This document shows positions 18,897 to 28,456 of a stretch of DNA of 64,000 nt, one piece after another. Where the stretch lies: the NCBI GenBank assembly GCA_048268245.1, contig JBLWVX010000013.1, positions 8,356 to 72,355 of the forward strand, read 5' to 3'. The position numbers were made by a program, and so were the translations under genes. This stretch comes from Arcobacteraceae bacterium (GTDB lineage Bacteria > Campylobacterota > Campylobacteria > Campylobacterales > Arcobacteraceae). Position 1 is the stretch's first letter. Each line of letters starts with the position of its first letter. The notes beneath the pieces are model-generated. The model ran no database searches. It was not told the origin of the DNA and worked only from the letters and a program-made list of their open reading frames with translations.

Positions 18897-19654
18897 ATTT
18901 TAAGTTAAAAGATAGTGAAAACTATGCGATTTTACATGATCTAAGACTTGAGATAGATGGTCTAACTGCACAAATAGACCATCTACTTATAAACAAAGCT
19001 ATAGGTATAATACTAGTTGAAACTAAAAATACAAAAGCAGAAGTTACTATAAATGACGATGGAACTATGTTATATAAATACCCAAATAACAAGACTTATA
19101 ATCAAGCAAATCCACTAGAACAATCAAAAAGACATGAGCTAGTAGTAGAAAAGATATTAGACAAATACAATATGAAATCAAATATCACATCTTATGTAGT
19201 ATTTTTACCAAATGTAATTATCAAAAATAAAACTCTTCCAAAAAACTTTTTAAGATCAGATACTTTTTATGATTCTATTTATACAGAGTTTACACATAGT
19301 CCAAGGAAGGTATTAACAGCTGCTGCAAAACTATTTATAAATAAAATGCCATCAACAAAAGAGATTAGAAATATAGGGAATATTTTAGTAGCAGAAAACA
19401 AACCTATAAATATTGACTACGATGCGAAATATAAAATTAAAAAAGAAATAGAAAAGAAAGTAGAAGAAGTTATCGTAGAAAAAGCTATTTACCATGAAAA
19501 AAATATGAAAAAATTCAGAGATATTAAAAGCTCAAAAAAATACATGGGAAATGAAATGCTAAGTTTTATCTGTATTAGCTGTGGAAAAGAACAGAGAAAA
19601 GGCTTGAAAACTTTTAGTACAAAAGAGGTTTTTTGTAATCATTTCAAAGTGTAA
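18896..19654 (+). pseudogene. 5'-truncated NERD-domain nuclease with C-terminal Cys motif
   Basis: In-frame sequence upstream of ATG 19067 reads DFKLKDSENYAILHDLRLEIDGLTAQIDHLLI..VETK (NERD core) with no start codon; NPLEQSKRH; CISC near the end. Confidence 0.75.
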
Positions 19655-19748
19655 GATTTTTTTGTAAAAATATTTTTTAGTGTTATTATATGTTAACGTT
19701 TTACCAACATCAGAAAAACGATAAAAAAATCTATTAAAAGGTTTTATT

Positions 19749-20147
19749 TTGGAACAAGAGTATAACAGTTGAAATAATATTAAAAAAGATATAGCAAAAG
19801 AAAATATATTTGTAGGATTTAAAAATAGAGATATATTTTATATGAATATGGGAAAGAATATTGGCTTTGAGCAAGATGGCAAAGGTGAAAACTTTGTTCG
19901 TCCAGTTGTTATTGTAAAAGGATTTAACAAAAATATGTTTTTTGGTATTCCTTTATCTACTAAGATAAAAGAGGGTAAGTTTTATTATAGATTTACATTT
20001 TGTAAAAAGGATAAAGAAGTAGAAAATATTGCGTTATTATCTCAGATGAGACTTTTTAGTACAAAAAGACTTTTAAATAAAATTGGTATGATGAAGATAA
20101 ATGATTTTGAAAATATGAAAAATAAGTTTAAAGAGTTGATAGATTAA
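19749..20147 (+). pseudogene. PemK/MazF-family toxin with nonsense codon
   Basis: AAAAGG RBS and TTG at 19749; TGA at 19770 (codon 8); then FKNRDIFYMNMGKNIGFEQDGKG..RPVVIVK..IPLST..SQMR. Confidence 0.75.
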
Positions 20148-20185
20148 CCCCATCAAAAAGATGGGTCGTCCCGTAGGAATTTAGG
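20148..20185 (-). ncRNA. Candidate small structured RNA convergent on pemK
   Basis: TCC-TACG-GGA tetraloop and CCCATC-TTTTT-GATGGG hairpin on the minus strand, immediately downstream of a minus-strand promoter. Confidence 0.4.
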
Positions 20186-20190
20186 ATTAA

Positions 20191-20219
20191 ATTATAACAC
20201 AAATTATAAATAAATGCAA
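20191..20219 (-). promoter_or_regulatory. Sigma70 promoter antisense to pemK
   Basis: TTGCAT-17 nt-TATAAT with TGn extended -10. Confidence 0.65.
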
Positions 20220-20253
20220 TAACAAGCTAATTGTATTAAAACAATCCATAATA

Positions 20254-20282
20254 TTGACTTTGTAGTATAAAGGTACTACAAT
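20254..20282 (+). promoter_or_regulatory. Sigma70 promoter with palindromic operator
   Basis: TTGACT-17 nt-TACAAT overlapped by TTGTAGTA-N6-TACTACAA. Confidence 0.7.
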
Positions 20283-20307
20283 TTATAAAAATAAAGAGGA
20301 TTGAATT

Positions 20308-20364
20308 ATGTCTTTAGATTCAGAAGTAAGAGCAAGAGTAGAAAATAAACTAAAAATAAAGTAA
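20308..20364 (+). pseudogene. RelB/DinJ-like antitoxin N-terminal stub
   Basis: GAGGA RBS; MSLDSEVRARVENKLKIK* matches the ribbon-helix-helix start of RelB/DinJ proteins. Confidence 0.6.
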
Positions 20365-20367
20365 TTT

Positions 20368-20835
20368 ATGACACTCATAAACAAAACAACAGCCTACATC
20401 ATAACAATACCACTATTTACTATCTGGTTACTTTTTTGCTTCCTCATTTCTCTTATTGGTTCACTTCTTTATAAAAAAAGAGTTCTTATTGATTTGGATA
20501 GGGTGAAGAAAAGAGATACTATTTGTAGTGTCTTAAATAGTAAAAAATACCTAAGTGATGAAGAATATGAGTTTGAGACTGTTGAGGTGGCTTCACTTTA
20601 TGATGAGCTTACTTTTAGGGGATATTTGTTTGTTTTGGCTCCTGTGATATTTTTACTAAAGCATTTTAGTTTTGCTGATGATTTTGTTTTTTATCTTGTA
20701 AAAAAGTGGATGAAGATACACAAATATCAAAGACAACACAAGAAAAAAGCAAAAAGTTTCTTCTCTGCTCTTATGTCTTTGTGTGTTTTACTTGCCTTTT
20801 TTGTAGGGCAGGTTTTGTATAGAGTAAAACCTTAA
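20368..20835 (+). CDS. Hypothetical membrane protein
   Basis: 155-aa ORF with three hydrophobic segments. Confidence 0.6.
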   Translation: MTLINKTTAYIITIPLFTIWLLFCFLISLIGSLLYKKRVLIDLDRVKKRDTICSVLNSKKYLSDEEYEFETVEVASLYDELTFRGYLFVLAPVIFLLKHFSFADDFVFYLVKKWMKIHKYQRQHKKKAKSFFSALMSLCVLLAFFVGQVLYRVKP

Positions 20836-20844
20836 AACCCTTTT

Positions 20845-23313
20845 TTATTCACCAAATAAAACATTCTCTTTTTGATGTATGATTTTAGATGTAAAGAAGT
20901 TTACAACTAAGATAGTAAGTATTGGTATTAGTAAGAAATAAAGCACTAGTATATCAGCTCTAAAATCCCAATACGACTCAAAAAGTAAACTACTTATAAA
21001 ATATGAACCAACACTTCCAAGTATGATTCCTATACTACTAGCACTAAGTGCTATCAGTCCAAACTCCAATAAAAATGAGTTTTTAATAGTCTTATTTTTT
21101 ATACCTATCATCTTTAGTCGTAGGATGTTATTTTTTTGCAAGTTCATTTGATACTGTATGATGATAAAACTCATTAAAAGCCCAATAGTTACAGAGTATA
21201 AACTCATCTTTTCAGTGATAGCTGTCACATCATCAACCACTGTGGCAAATGACTCAAATAAACTTTTCACATCTATTACCGTAAGACTAGGGAACTTATC
21301 TGTTAATGTAAGTAGCATTTTTGAAGTATCATACTCTCCTGTAGAGATAGTTGCTAGCATAGTTTTTGGAGCGTCATTTATAGCTCCTTCTTGCAGTAGT
21401 AAGAAGAAGTTTGGTGTAAACTCTGTCCATTTTACTGATCTTATGTTTACTACTTTAGCAACTAGTTCAAGTCCTAGTACATCAAATACTACTGTATCTC
21501 CTAGGCTTATACCTCTTCTTTTTGCATATCTTTTTTCAACACTCATTTCAATAGGTTTTGAGTAATCAGCAGAGTCATAAACTCCACTAAATTCTCTACC
21601 TTCAAGTATTTGTTCACTTGGTTTTAAATCACTTCTGTATGATAGGTTTACTGTAGAGTTTCTTGCATTTTCACCTTCTTGTGATTGTTCTTTTCCATTT
21701 ATTTTAAGAACTCTTGCTCTTATCATTGGAGCAATATTTTCAAGTTTTGCTCCCATGTTTTCAACTTGTTTACTTATGTCATTTAGTTGCTCTTCTTTTG
21801 CATCTACTACAAAAAATCTAGGTCTTTCTTGTACACTTTTAGTAAGTACATTTGATAAAGAACTTCCAACTTGTGGTATCAAACTAAAGAATGCAGTACA
21901 TAAAAGTATCGCACTAAATAGTGTAAGTGAGGTTCTTTTTTGTCTTGTGATATTTTTTAGAGCCAGCGATAAAGCTAGGTTATCAAGATGACCTGAAAAA
22001 TCAAATCTTTTTAAGATAAAAGAGCCTATACCAAAAAGTAGGGCGATGATTACTAAAACACTTAAAGCAAAGAAAAATCCTATATTCTTAGCAGGTGTTA
22101 CAAAGTGTGAAAGCACAAGTAAGAAAACTACAAAGGGAGTGAAGCTTAAGATAACTCGTGATAGTCTTCTTTTCTGTCTTTGAACTAGTGGTAGTATCAA
22201 AGGAAGCCCAATAGATAAACTTAAAGCAAAAAGTACCACAGCAGACTTCACAAAAAACATATAATCAAGACTAAAATCAAAACTAAAGTCAATATACTTT
22301 TGAATAAGTGGTCCTATAAATTGCGCTGATAAACTTATAAAAGCAAACACCAAAACAGTTGCTATTGATATAAGTACAAAAAGATGAAGCAAATAAGTCA
22401 TAATAAGATTTTTCTTACTAACACCTATATCATTTAAAACTGTGATGTCTTGCTGATGTTTTTTCAAAAAGCCTGAATATAGATATATAAGTCCCACAAG
22501 TCCCAAGAAAAAGGAAATCAAAGATACAAGTGATAAGAAGTTTGTCAAGAAACTTAACACTGCTATAAGTCTATCTCGTCCATCATTTGGTGATAGAACT
22601 CTAAGACTTCTATCAAGTTTGGTTTCTATTTGCTCTTCTAACTCTTCTAGTTTGTCATTACTTAGGTTTTGCTCAAAAAGATAGTTTAGTTTATATCTAG
22701 CTGTTGAACCAAACTTTAGAAGTTCACTTCTTTCAAGACCTTTGGGACTTAAATATACTTTTGGCATAAAACCACTAAAGCTTATGTTTTTAAGGCTATC
22801 TTCTTTTATAACTTTTACTATAGTGTAGTTTTTGCTTCCTATCTTAAGATTACTTCCAAGAGTAAGTCCTAATAAATCTAAAACCTCTTGATATACCCAA
22901 ACTTCATTTTCTTTTGGTAGGGCTTGCCCTTTTGGATAAGTAGTGTTATCTTTGAAAACTAAACCACCATAGTATGGAAAACCTTTGTTTATTTGTACAA
23001 GTTCCATAAGTCTAGCTCTTTTAGAAGAAGCTACCATACTTACTGTTGATATTCCCTCATCAAAGCTTTTGATTTGAGGAAGTAGGTTTTTTACTTGCTC
23101 TTTTTGGGCATCACTTATTGGAAATCTAGAGTTTACTACTAAATCAGCTCCAAGTAAACTTTTTGCTTTTGTATCAAGTGAAGTATCGATACTTCCTTTA
23201 AAAAACTGTAAGTAAGATAGTGAAGCAATAGCTAAACAAAAGTTTAGTATAAAAATAAGACTAAAGGATTTTGATCTTTTAAGGGCTTTTGAAACTAGTT
23301 CAACTACTAACAT
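20845..23313 (-). CDS. YbbP-like FtsX-family ABC permease
   Basis: LLGADL, PYYG, FFVVD, VKW..FTPNFF; two TM bundles. Confidence 0.85.
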   Translation of the reverse strand: MLVVELVSKALKRSKSFSLIFILNFCLAIASLSYLQFFKGSIDTSLDTKAKSLLGADLVVNSRFPISDAQKEQVKNLLPQIKSFDEGISTVSMVASSKRARLMELVQINKGFPYYGGLVFKDNTTYPKGQALPKENEVWVYQEVLDLLGLTLGSNLKIGSKNYTIVKVIKEDSLKNISFSGFMPKVYLSPKGLERSELLKFGSTARYKLNYLFEQNLSNDKLEELEEQIETKLDRSLRVLSPNDGRDRLIAVLSFLTNFLSLVSLISFFLGLVGLIYLYSGFLKKHQQDITVLNDIGVSKKNLIMTYLLHLFVLISIATVLVFAFISLSAQFIGPLIQKYIDFSFDFSLDYMFFVKSAVVLFALSLSIGLPLILPLVQRQKRRLSRVILSFTPFVVFLLVLSHFVTPAKNIGFFFALSVLVIIALLFGIGSFILKRFDFSGHLDNLALSLALKNITRQKRTSLTLFSAILLCTAFFSLIPQVGSSLSNVLTKSVQERPRFFVVDAKEEQLNDISKQVENMGAKLENIAPMIRARVLKINGKEQSQEGENARNSTVNLSYRSDLKPSEQILEGREFSGVYDSADYSKPIEMSVEKRYAKRRGISLGDTVVFDVLGLELVAKVVNIRSVKWTEFTPNFFLLLQEGAINDAPKTMLATISTGEYDTSKMLLTLTDKFPSLTVIDVKSLFESFATVVDDVTAITEKMSLYSVTIGLLMSFIIIQYQMNLQKNNILRLKMIGIKNKTIKNSFLLEFGLIALSASSIGIILGSVGSYFISSLLFESYWDFRADILVLYFLLIPILTILVVNFFTSKIIHQKENVLFGE

Positions 23314-23969
23314 TTCTCTAAGTTTCCATGATTTAGTGAATAAGTCTGCTCACATCTAGCAGCCACATCTTTTGAGTGAGTTACTAAAATCAAAGTTGTA
23401 TTGTTTTTTTTGATTAGCTCAAAAAGTTTATCCATCACAGCTATTCCTGTTTCTTCATCTAAGTTTCCACTTGGTTCATCTGCTAAGATAATCTTTGGAT
23501 TATGTATCAAAGCCCTTGCTATTGCAACTCTTTGTTTCTCCCCACCACTAAGTTCTGAGGGTAAGTGATCAAATCTATGTCCTAAGCCTACACTCTCCAA
23601 AAGTTCAATCGCTTTTTCTTTTGGATTTTTTATACCACATACTTTTGCAGGAAGCATTACATTTTCTAGTGCATTTAAATATGAAACTAGATGAAAGTTT
23701 TGAAAAACAAAGCCTATATTTGAAGCTCTAAAGTCGTTTATTTGCTCTTCTTTCATATCTTTATATGAAATACCATCAAGTAAAATATCTCCTGATGTTG
23801 GTTTGATAATACCTGAAATTAAAGAAAGTAGGGTTGATTTCCCACTTCCTGATTTTCCCATGATAGCTACTCTTGCAGCTTCTTTTACATGAAAATTTAA
23901 ATCTTCATATATTTTTACTTCAGTTGAGCCTTGAGAGTATGATTTTTTAAGTGATTTTATTTGTAGCAT
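23307..23969 (-). CDS. YbbA-like ABC ATP-binding protein
   Basis: GKSGSGKS, LSGGEKQR, ILADEP, VTH. Confidence 0.9.
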   Translation of the reverse strand: MLQIKSLKKSYSQGSTEVKIYEDLNFHVKEAARVAIMGKSGSGKSTLLSLISGIIKPTSGDILLDGISYKDMKEEQINDFRASNIGFVFQNFHLVSYLNALENVMLPAKVCGIKNPKEKAIELLESVGLGHRFDHLPSELSGGEKQRVAIARALIHNPKIILADEPSGNLDEETGIAVMDKLFELIKKNNTTLILVTHSKDVAARCEQTYSLNHGNLEKC

Positions 23970-24577
23970 TATAACTCTTCCTTTAAAAAGTTGAAAACTT
24001 CATTTGCTATGATTTTATGACCTTTTGGGTTTGGATGTATACCATCAGCTTGATTTAGTTCTTGTACTCCTGCCACATCTTTTAGTAAAAAGGGCATAAA
24101 TTTAAGATTGTATTTTTCTTTGATTTCAAGATACATTTTCTCAAATTTCCTTGAGTAATCAGGTCCATAGTTTGGTGGGATTAGCATACCTGCTAATAGT
24201 ACTTTTGCCTTTGATTTTTGAGCATGAGTTATTATCTCTTCTAGATTTTTTTGGCTTTGAGTAAGGTTTAAACCTCTAAGCCCATCATTTGCCCCAAGAG
24301 CAATAAATACAATATCAGGTTTTCTTTTTAGATACCATTTTAGTCTAGCAAAGGCATCACTTGTTGTTGAGCCTGAAACTCCACCATTTATAATTTTTAT
24401 ATTTTTATTTAGTTCTTTTTTTGCTAATTTTTGTACTAAGTTTGGATAGGCTTGATTTTTTGATACCCCTAAGCCCTCAGTTAGTGAATCTCCTAAAAAT
24501 AGGATAGTTTTAGTATTTGAATTTGCTGTTAAAATCTGTAGTGTTATTATACATAGGATAAAAATTATCTTTTTCAT
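23969..24577 (-). CDS. tesA: TesA-like SGNH/GDSL arylesterase
   Basis: Signal peptide, GDSL, LGANDGLRG, PPNYG, DGIHP; adjacent to ybbAP-like genes. Confidence 0.85.
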   Translation of the reverse strand: MKKIIFILCIITLQILTANSNTKTILFLGDSLTEGLGVSKNQAYPNLVQKLAKKELNKNIKIINGGVSGSTTSDAFARLKWYLKRKPDIVFIALGANDGLRGLNLTQSQKNLEEIITHAQKSKAKVLLAGMLIPPNYGPDYSRKFEKMYLEIKEKYNLKFMPFLLKDVAGVQELNQADGIHPNPKGHKIIANEVFNFLKEEL

Positions 24578-24624
24578 GTTGATATGTTATCAAAAGTTTA
24601 TTAACCAATTATAAAGAGATAATG

Positions 24625-26574
24625 TTAGTTGAAATCAAAAAGTGATTCTTGTTTTTGTTTAAATGGCTCTATTAATTTATAAGCCTCTTTTATATAAAAG
24701 TCAAAGTCTAAATACTCATATGAAAAATCTTCTATTTTATTACAAAGTTCTACTTTATATCCTACATTTATTCCTATTACTCTTTGCTCACTTGTATTGT
24801 TTAGAGGAGGAAGAATCTTTTTTAAAGGAAGACCATTTTTACTGATAAAATATCTTATGGTATTTGGAAGTTTCACATAGGTTTTCTCAAATGAATAAAC
24901 TTTTTCAAGTACCAAATCTATGTGTTTGGTAGCTTTTGTATTTAGTAAAAAATCATATTTATTTCTATGATTATATATAAACTCTTCTATTGATACACCT
25001 TTTAAAAGATGTGCTTCTACTGCTTTTTGAACTACTAAGCATGAGTGGTTTTGATTCCAAGCCAGTTCATATTTATATGCACCTATTTTCTTTGCTTCAC
25101 CGTTTTCTTTTAGGGCTATGTAGTTATTTACATCTCTAATCCATAGTTTTTTGTATATGGCTTCTTCTAGTTCTAGACCTGTAAACTCTTGCCAGTTTTT
25201 AGAAATCTCTTCGTATTTAGCTTTATCTTTTTTATCTATTTTAAAAGTAAGACCATCTGTATTTGCTTGAATAAGTGAAACAGAGTCTATACTCATAAGC
25301 TTTTCTGCTAACATACACAGCATTAGCTGTCCATTTAGAGTGATGCTAAGAGTCATTTTATAGTCATAAAAAGGACTAAATTGATTATTTGTGTCTCCAT
25401 AAGCTGAGTTTAGTGCTAGTTTTAGCATCTTGTTTTGAGAAGTTCCTTTTTTATATGAAAACCTCATATCTCTTATTTCTTTGTATATATCTACAAACTC
25501 AACTCCTAGATGTTTAGGATAAAGTCCATTTTGTATCACAATAGATGGATAATAGCTTGCAACATCCACATCTATGATAAGATACTCATCATTTTGGTCA
25601 TAAAACTTCCCCTCAACACTTCCATGAAGTCCACCAGTTCCAAAGTAAAAAGAAAAGTCTTTATAGTTTAGATGTAAAGATGAAGCTTCATTTTTAGCAT
25701 TTAGAGTACAGAATGAAGATAGTTCTTCTAAGTCTTCTTTTTTTATATTTGAAAAAACTTCATTCATAGAGTTTGTATATTGTTTTTTTAGATATTTCAA
25801 AAGAGCTTGAAACTCAATACTCTCAAAACTTATGTAATCAAAAATAATCTCACCAAAGTTCAAAAAGTTTCTTACCGTTTGTCTTGGCTTTCCATTTATA
25901 TAACATATATCTTTGCCAAGTTTTTCTTCAAGATTTCGTATAAAGTATCTTTTCCCTATTTTAGTATCACTATAGTTAAGCATATTCTCATTATATTTTG
26001 AGCTCAAATTTTCTCTAAACTCTATGGCTTCTAGAGAGTGATTGAAAAAAAGTAGGGTTGCTTCAACATCATGTTTGTTGTATTTAATTAGATTATCAAA
26101 TTCATCTGTCTTTAGATTCTCTCCAATAGTAAAGTTTAAATCTTCAATAGAATCCATACACATATTTACTTCTAAGACTTTTAGACTAACCCTTGTTGCT
26201 TTATAATCAAAGTTGTGTATTTTCATAAGGTCAAGTTGCTTTAGGTTTATAGAGTTTTTATCTTCTTTATAGATAGTGTTGTTTTTGATTAAATCATCTG
26301 CAAAAAGAAATGTTTTATAAATAAGCTCTTTTATTTCATATTTTTTAGCATTTTTATAAATATATTGAAGGACTGCATAATCAAAGTTTAGGTTATTGTA
26401 TCCCACTAGTATCTTATTTGTTTTGCTAAGCCATTGTAGGGTTTTGAGAAGTTTTGCTAAATCATTTTGTCTTGAACTTAATTCAAAAACTCTAATCTCT
26501 TTTGTTTGAGCATTTTGCATAACACATGTAAAGATATTTGGAAAGGTTTCTAGGTCATATATGTAGTATTTCAT
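24625..26574 (-). CDS. Phage-type family-B DNA polymerase with 3'-5' exonuclease
   Basis: ExoI YDLET, ExoII GYNNLNFD, ExoIII YNKHDV; motif A DVASYYPS, motif B KLALNSAYG, motif C NTDG. Confidence 0.85.
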   Translation of the reverse strand: MKYYIYDLETFPNIFTCVMQNAQTKEIRVFELSSRQNDLAKLLKTLQWLSKTNKILVGYNNLNFDYAVLQYIYKNAKKYEIKELIYKTFLFADDLIKNNTIYKEDKNSINLKQLDLMKIHNFDYKATRVSLKVLEVNMCMDSIEDLNFTIGENLKTDEFDNLIKYNKHDVEATLLFFNHSLEAIEFRENLSSKYNENMLNYSDTKIGKRYFIRNLEEKLGKDICYINGKPRQTVRNFLNFGEIIFDYISFESIEFQALLKYLKKQYTNSMNEVFSNIKKEDLEELSSFCTLNAKNEASSLHLNYKDFSFYFGTGGLHGSVEGKFYDQNDEYLIIDVDVASYYPSIVIQNGLYPKHLGVEFVDIYKEIRDMRFSYKKGTSQNKMLKLALNSAYGDTNNQFSPFYDYKMTLSITLNGQLMLCMLAEKLMSIDSVSLIQANTDGLTFKIDKKDKAKYEEISKNWQEFTGLELEEAIYKKLWIRDVNNYIALKENGEAKKIGAYKYELAWNQNHSCLVVQKAVEAHLLKGVSIEEFIYNHRNKYDFLLNTKATKHIDLVLEKVYSFEKTYVKLPNTIRYFISKNGLPLKKILPPLNNTSEQRVIGINVGYKVELCNKIEDFSYEYLDFDFYIKEAYKLIEPFKQKQESLFDFN

Positions 26575-26682
26575 TGGTGTAATTATAGTTTATATGAACT
26601 GTGTAGTACTTTATAGAGTTTAAAGAAAATAATATTCTATTATTTAATCATTTATATAATATTATTTTGTGAGGTTAATAAA

Positions 26683-27108
26683 ATGAAAGATAAAACTATT
26701 ATTGGTAGAAGAGAGATTATCTCTATTTTGGATTTGGATTTATATGATTTGGATGCGAAGGTTGATACTGGAGCTGATTCAAATGCTTTACATTGTGATG
26801 ATATCTTTATTGATGATGAAAACTTTGTTCATTTTAAATTACTAGATGAGGTACATCCAGCTTATCATGGTAAAACTATGAAAATGCCTTTGTATAAACT
26901 AAAAAAGGTAAAAAGTTCAAATGGTGTTGTTCAAGAAAGACCATCTATAAAAGTAAAAGTTGCTTTCTTTGGAAAAGAGTATAGTACTGTTATATCCTTG
27001 ACAAATAGAGCTGATATGAAGTTTCCTATGTTATTGGGTCGATTATTTTTAAAAAATAAGTTTCTTGTGGATGTTTCACAAGAGTATTTATCAAAACAGG
27101 AGAAGTAA
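26683..27108 (+). CDS. RimK-associated putative protease (RimB-like)
   Basis: IGRRE, AKVDTGA, VKSSNG..ERP, LTNR..M.FPMLLGR. Confidence 0.85.
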   Translation: MKDKTIIGRREIISILDLDLYDLDAKVDTGADSNALHCDDIFIDDENFVHFKLLDEVHPAYHGKTMKMPLYKLKKVKSSNGVVQERPSIKVKVAFFGKEYSTVISLTNRADMKFPMLLGRLFLKNKFLVDVSQEYLSKQEK

Positions 27109-28034
27109 TGAGAGTTTATGTATTATCAAGAAATAAAAACCTTTATTCTACAAAAAGATTGGTTGAAGCTGGTGAACAAAGAGGTTGGGAAATAAAAGTA
27201 ATTGACTACTTAAAGTGTACTATTGAAATAATGAAAGGTGAGTTAGTTATTAACTATTTAGGAAAAGTTTTACCAACTCCTGATGCAATTATTCCAAGAA
27301 TAGGTGCAAGTAGAACTTTCTATGGTACAGCTATGGTTAGACACTTTGAAATGATGGATGTTTTTAGTACATCAGGAAACTTAGCAATTGCAAGAAGTAG
27401 AGATAAGTTAAGAAGTCTACAAGTTTTATCAAAAAATGGTGTAGATATGCCAAAAACTGTATTTGCATCAAATATGTCAAGCTCGAAAGATGTTATAGAA
27501 TTAAGTGGAGGAGCACCTTTAGTTTTAAAAATACTAGAAGGAACTCAAGGTGTTGGTGTTGTTTTAGTTGACAGTGAAAAAGCTGCAAAATCTGTACTTG
27601 ATGCTTTTTATGGAATGGATGTAAACTTACTTGTTCAAGAGTTCATAGAAGAAGCAGGTGGAGCTGATATCAGAGCTTTTGTTGTCGGCGGTGAAGTTGT
27701 TGGAGCAATGAAAAGACAAGGTGCTGAGGGTGATTTTAGATCAAACTTACATCAAGGTGGAACAGCTGTTTCTCATAAACTTACAAGAAAAGAAAAATCA
27801 ACAGCTCTTGCTGCTGCAAAAGCTATGGGACTTGGGGTTTGTGGTGTTGATATGATTCCTTCAAGTAGAGGTCCATTAGTTATGGAGGTTAATTCTTCTC
27901 CTGGACTTGAAGGGATTGAAAAATCAACTCAAATTGATATAGCTAGTAAAATTATGGATTATATTGAAAAGAATGTAACACCAATAGACCCAAATAAAAA
28001 AAGAAGAATAAAAAGAGATAAAATAGGTGTTTAA
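27108..28034 (+). CDS. rimK: RimK ATP-grasp glutamate ligase
   Basis: [48 protein letters not shown]. Confidence 0.92.
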   Translation: MRVYVLSRNKNLYSTKRLVEAGEQRGWEIKVIDYLKCTIEIMKGELVINYLGKVLPTPDAIIPRIGASRTFYGTAMVRHFEMMDVFSTSGNLAIARSRDKLRSLQVLSKNGVDMPKTVFASNMSSSKDVIELSGGAPLVLKILEGTQGVGVVLVDSEKAAKSVLDAFYGMDVNLLVQEFIEEAGGADIRAFVVGGEVVGAMKRQGAEGDFRSNLHQGGTAVSHKLTRKEKSTALAAAKAMGLGVCGVDMIPSSRGPLVMEVNSSPGLEGIEKSTQIDIASKIMDYIEKNVTPIDPNKKRRIKRDKIGV

Positions 28035-28057
28035 ATCTATAAAGAAATAGATGAATA

Positions 28058-28456
28058 TTATTCATCTATTTCTTTTTTTGTATACTCTTTTTCAAAGAAA
28101 GATGGACTAAATCTAACTGTTAAGATTCTAAAAATAAATAAAATAGCTATTATTCCTAAAATAGAGAAAACTTTAGTTGCATCAAATTTATCATTTACAA
28201 TAAGCATAATATCTCTTATGAAAAATACAATTGTAGAATCTATCATAAGTCTCATTCTAATTCTATTTTCATCACTCAATAAAAATTCAATAAGCATTCT
28301 AACTAATTCTAAAATAATAATAAACTCAAGAAGAGCAACTGCTAACTTACTGAATGAGTTAATAGTATCAAAATCTTTTACAAGCATAAATAGTGTTAAA
28401 GCTATTATAAACTTTATTAGTGGAGGCATATTTTTTTCTACAAAAAAATTCTTCAA
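28058..28456 (-). CDS. PsiE-family membrane protein
   Basis: Four TMs; LEFIIILELVRM..IDSTIVFFIRD. Confidence 0.7.
   Translation of the reverse strand: MKNFFVEKNMPPLIKFIIALTLFMLVKDFDTINSFSKLAVALLEFIIILELVRMLIEFLLSDENRIRMRLMIDSTIVFFIRDIMLIVNDKFDATKVFSILGIIAILFIFRILTVRFSPSFFEKEYTKKEIDE

Noticed and set aside
19770..19772. In-frame TGA in pemK as selenocysteine or recoded Trp
   Set aside because: Expected residue is Trp, not Cys; no SECIS-like hairpin follows; TGA is a normal stop elsewhere in the window (dctM, deacetylase)
26596..26609. GAAC..GTAC upstream of polB as an SOS box
   Set aside because: Spacing matches no LexA box I can name and there is only one copy
24000..28100. Prophage or pipolin around the PolB gene
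   Set aside because: Flanks are ordinary host genes with short spacers; no integrase, att repeats or structural genes seen
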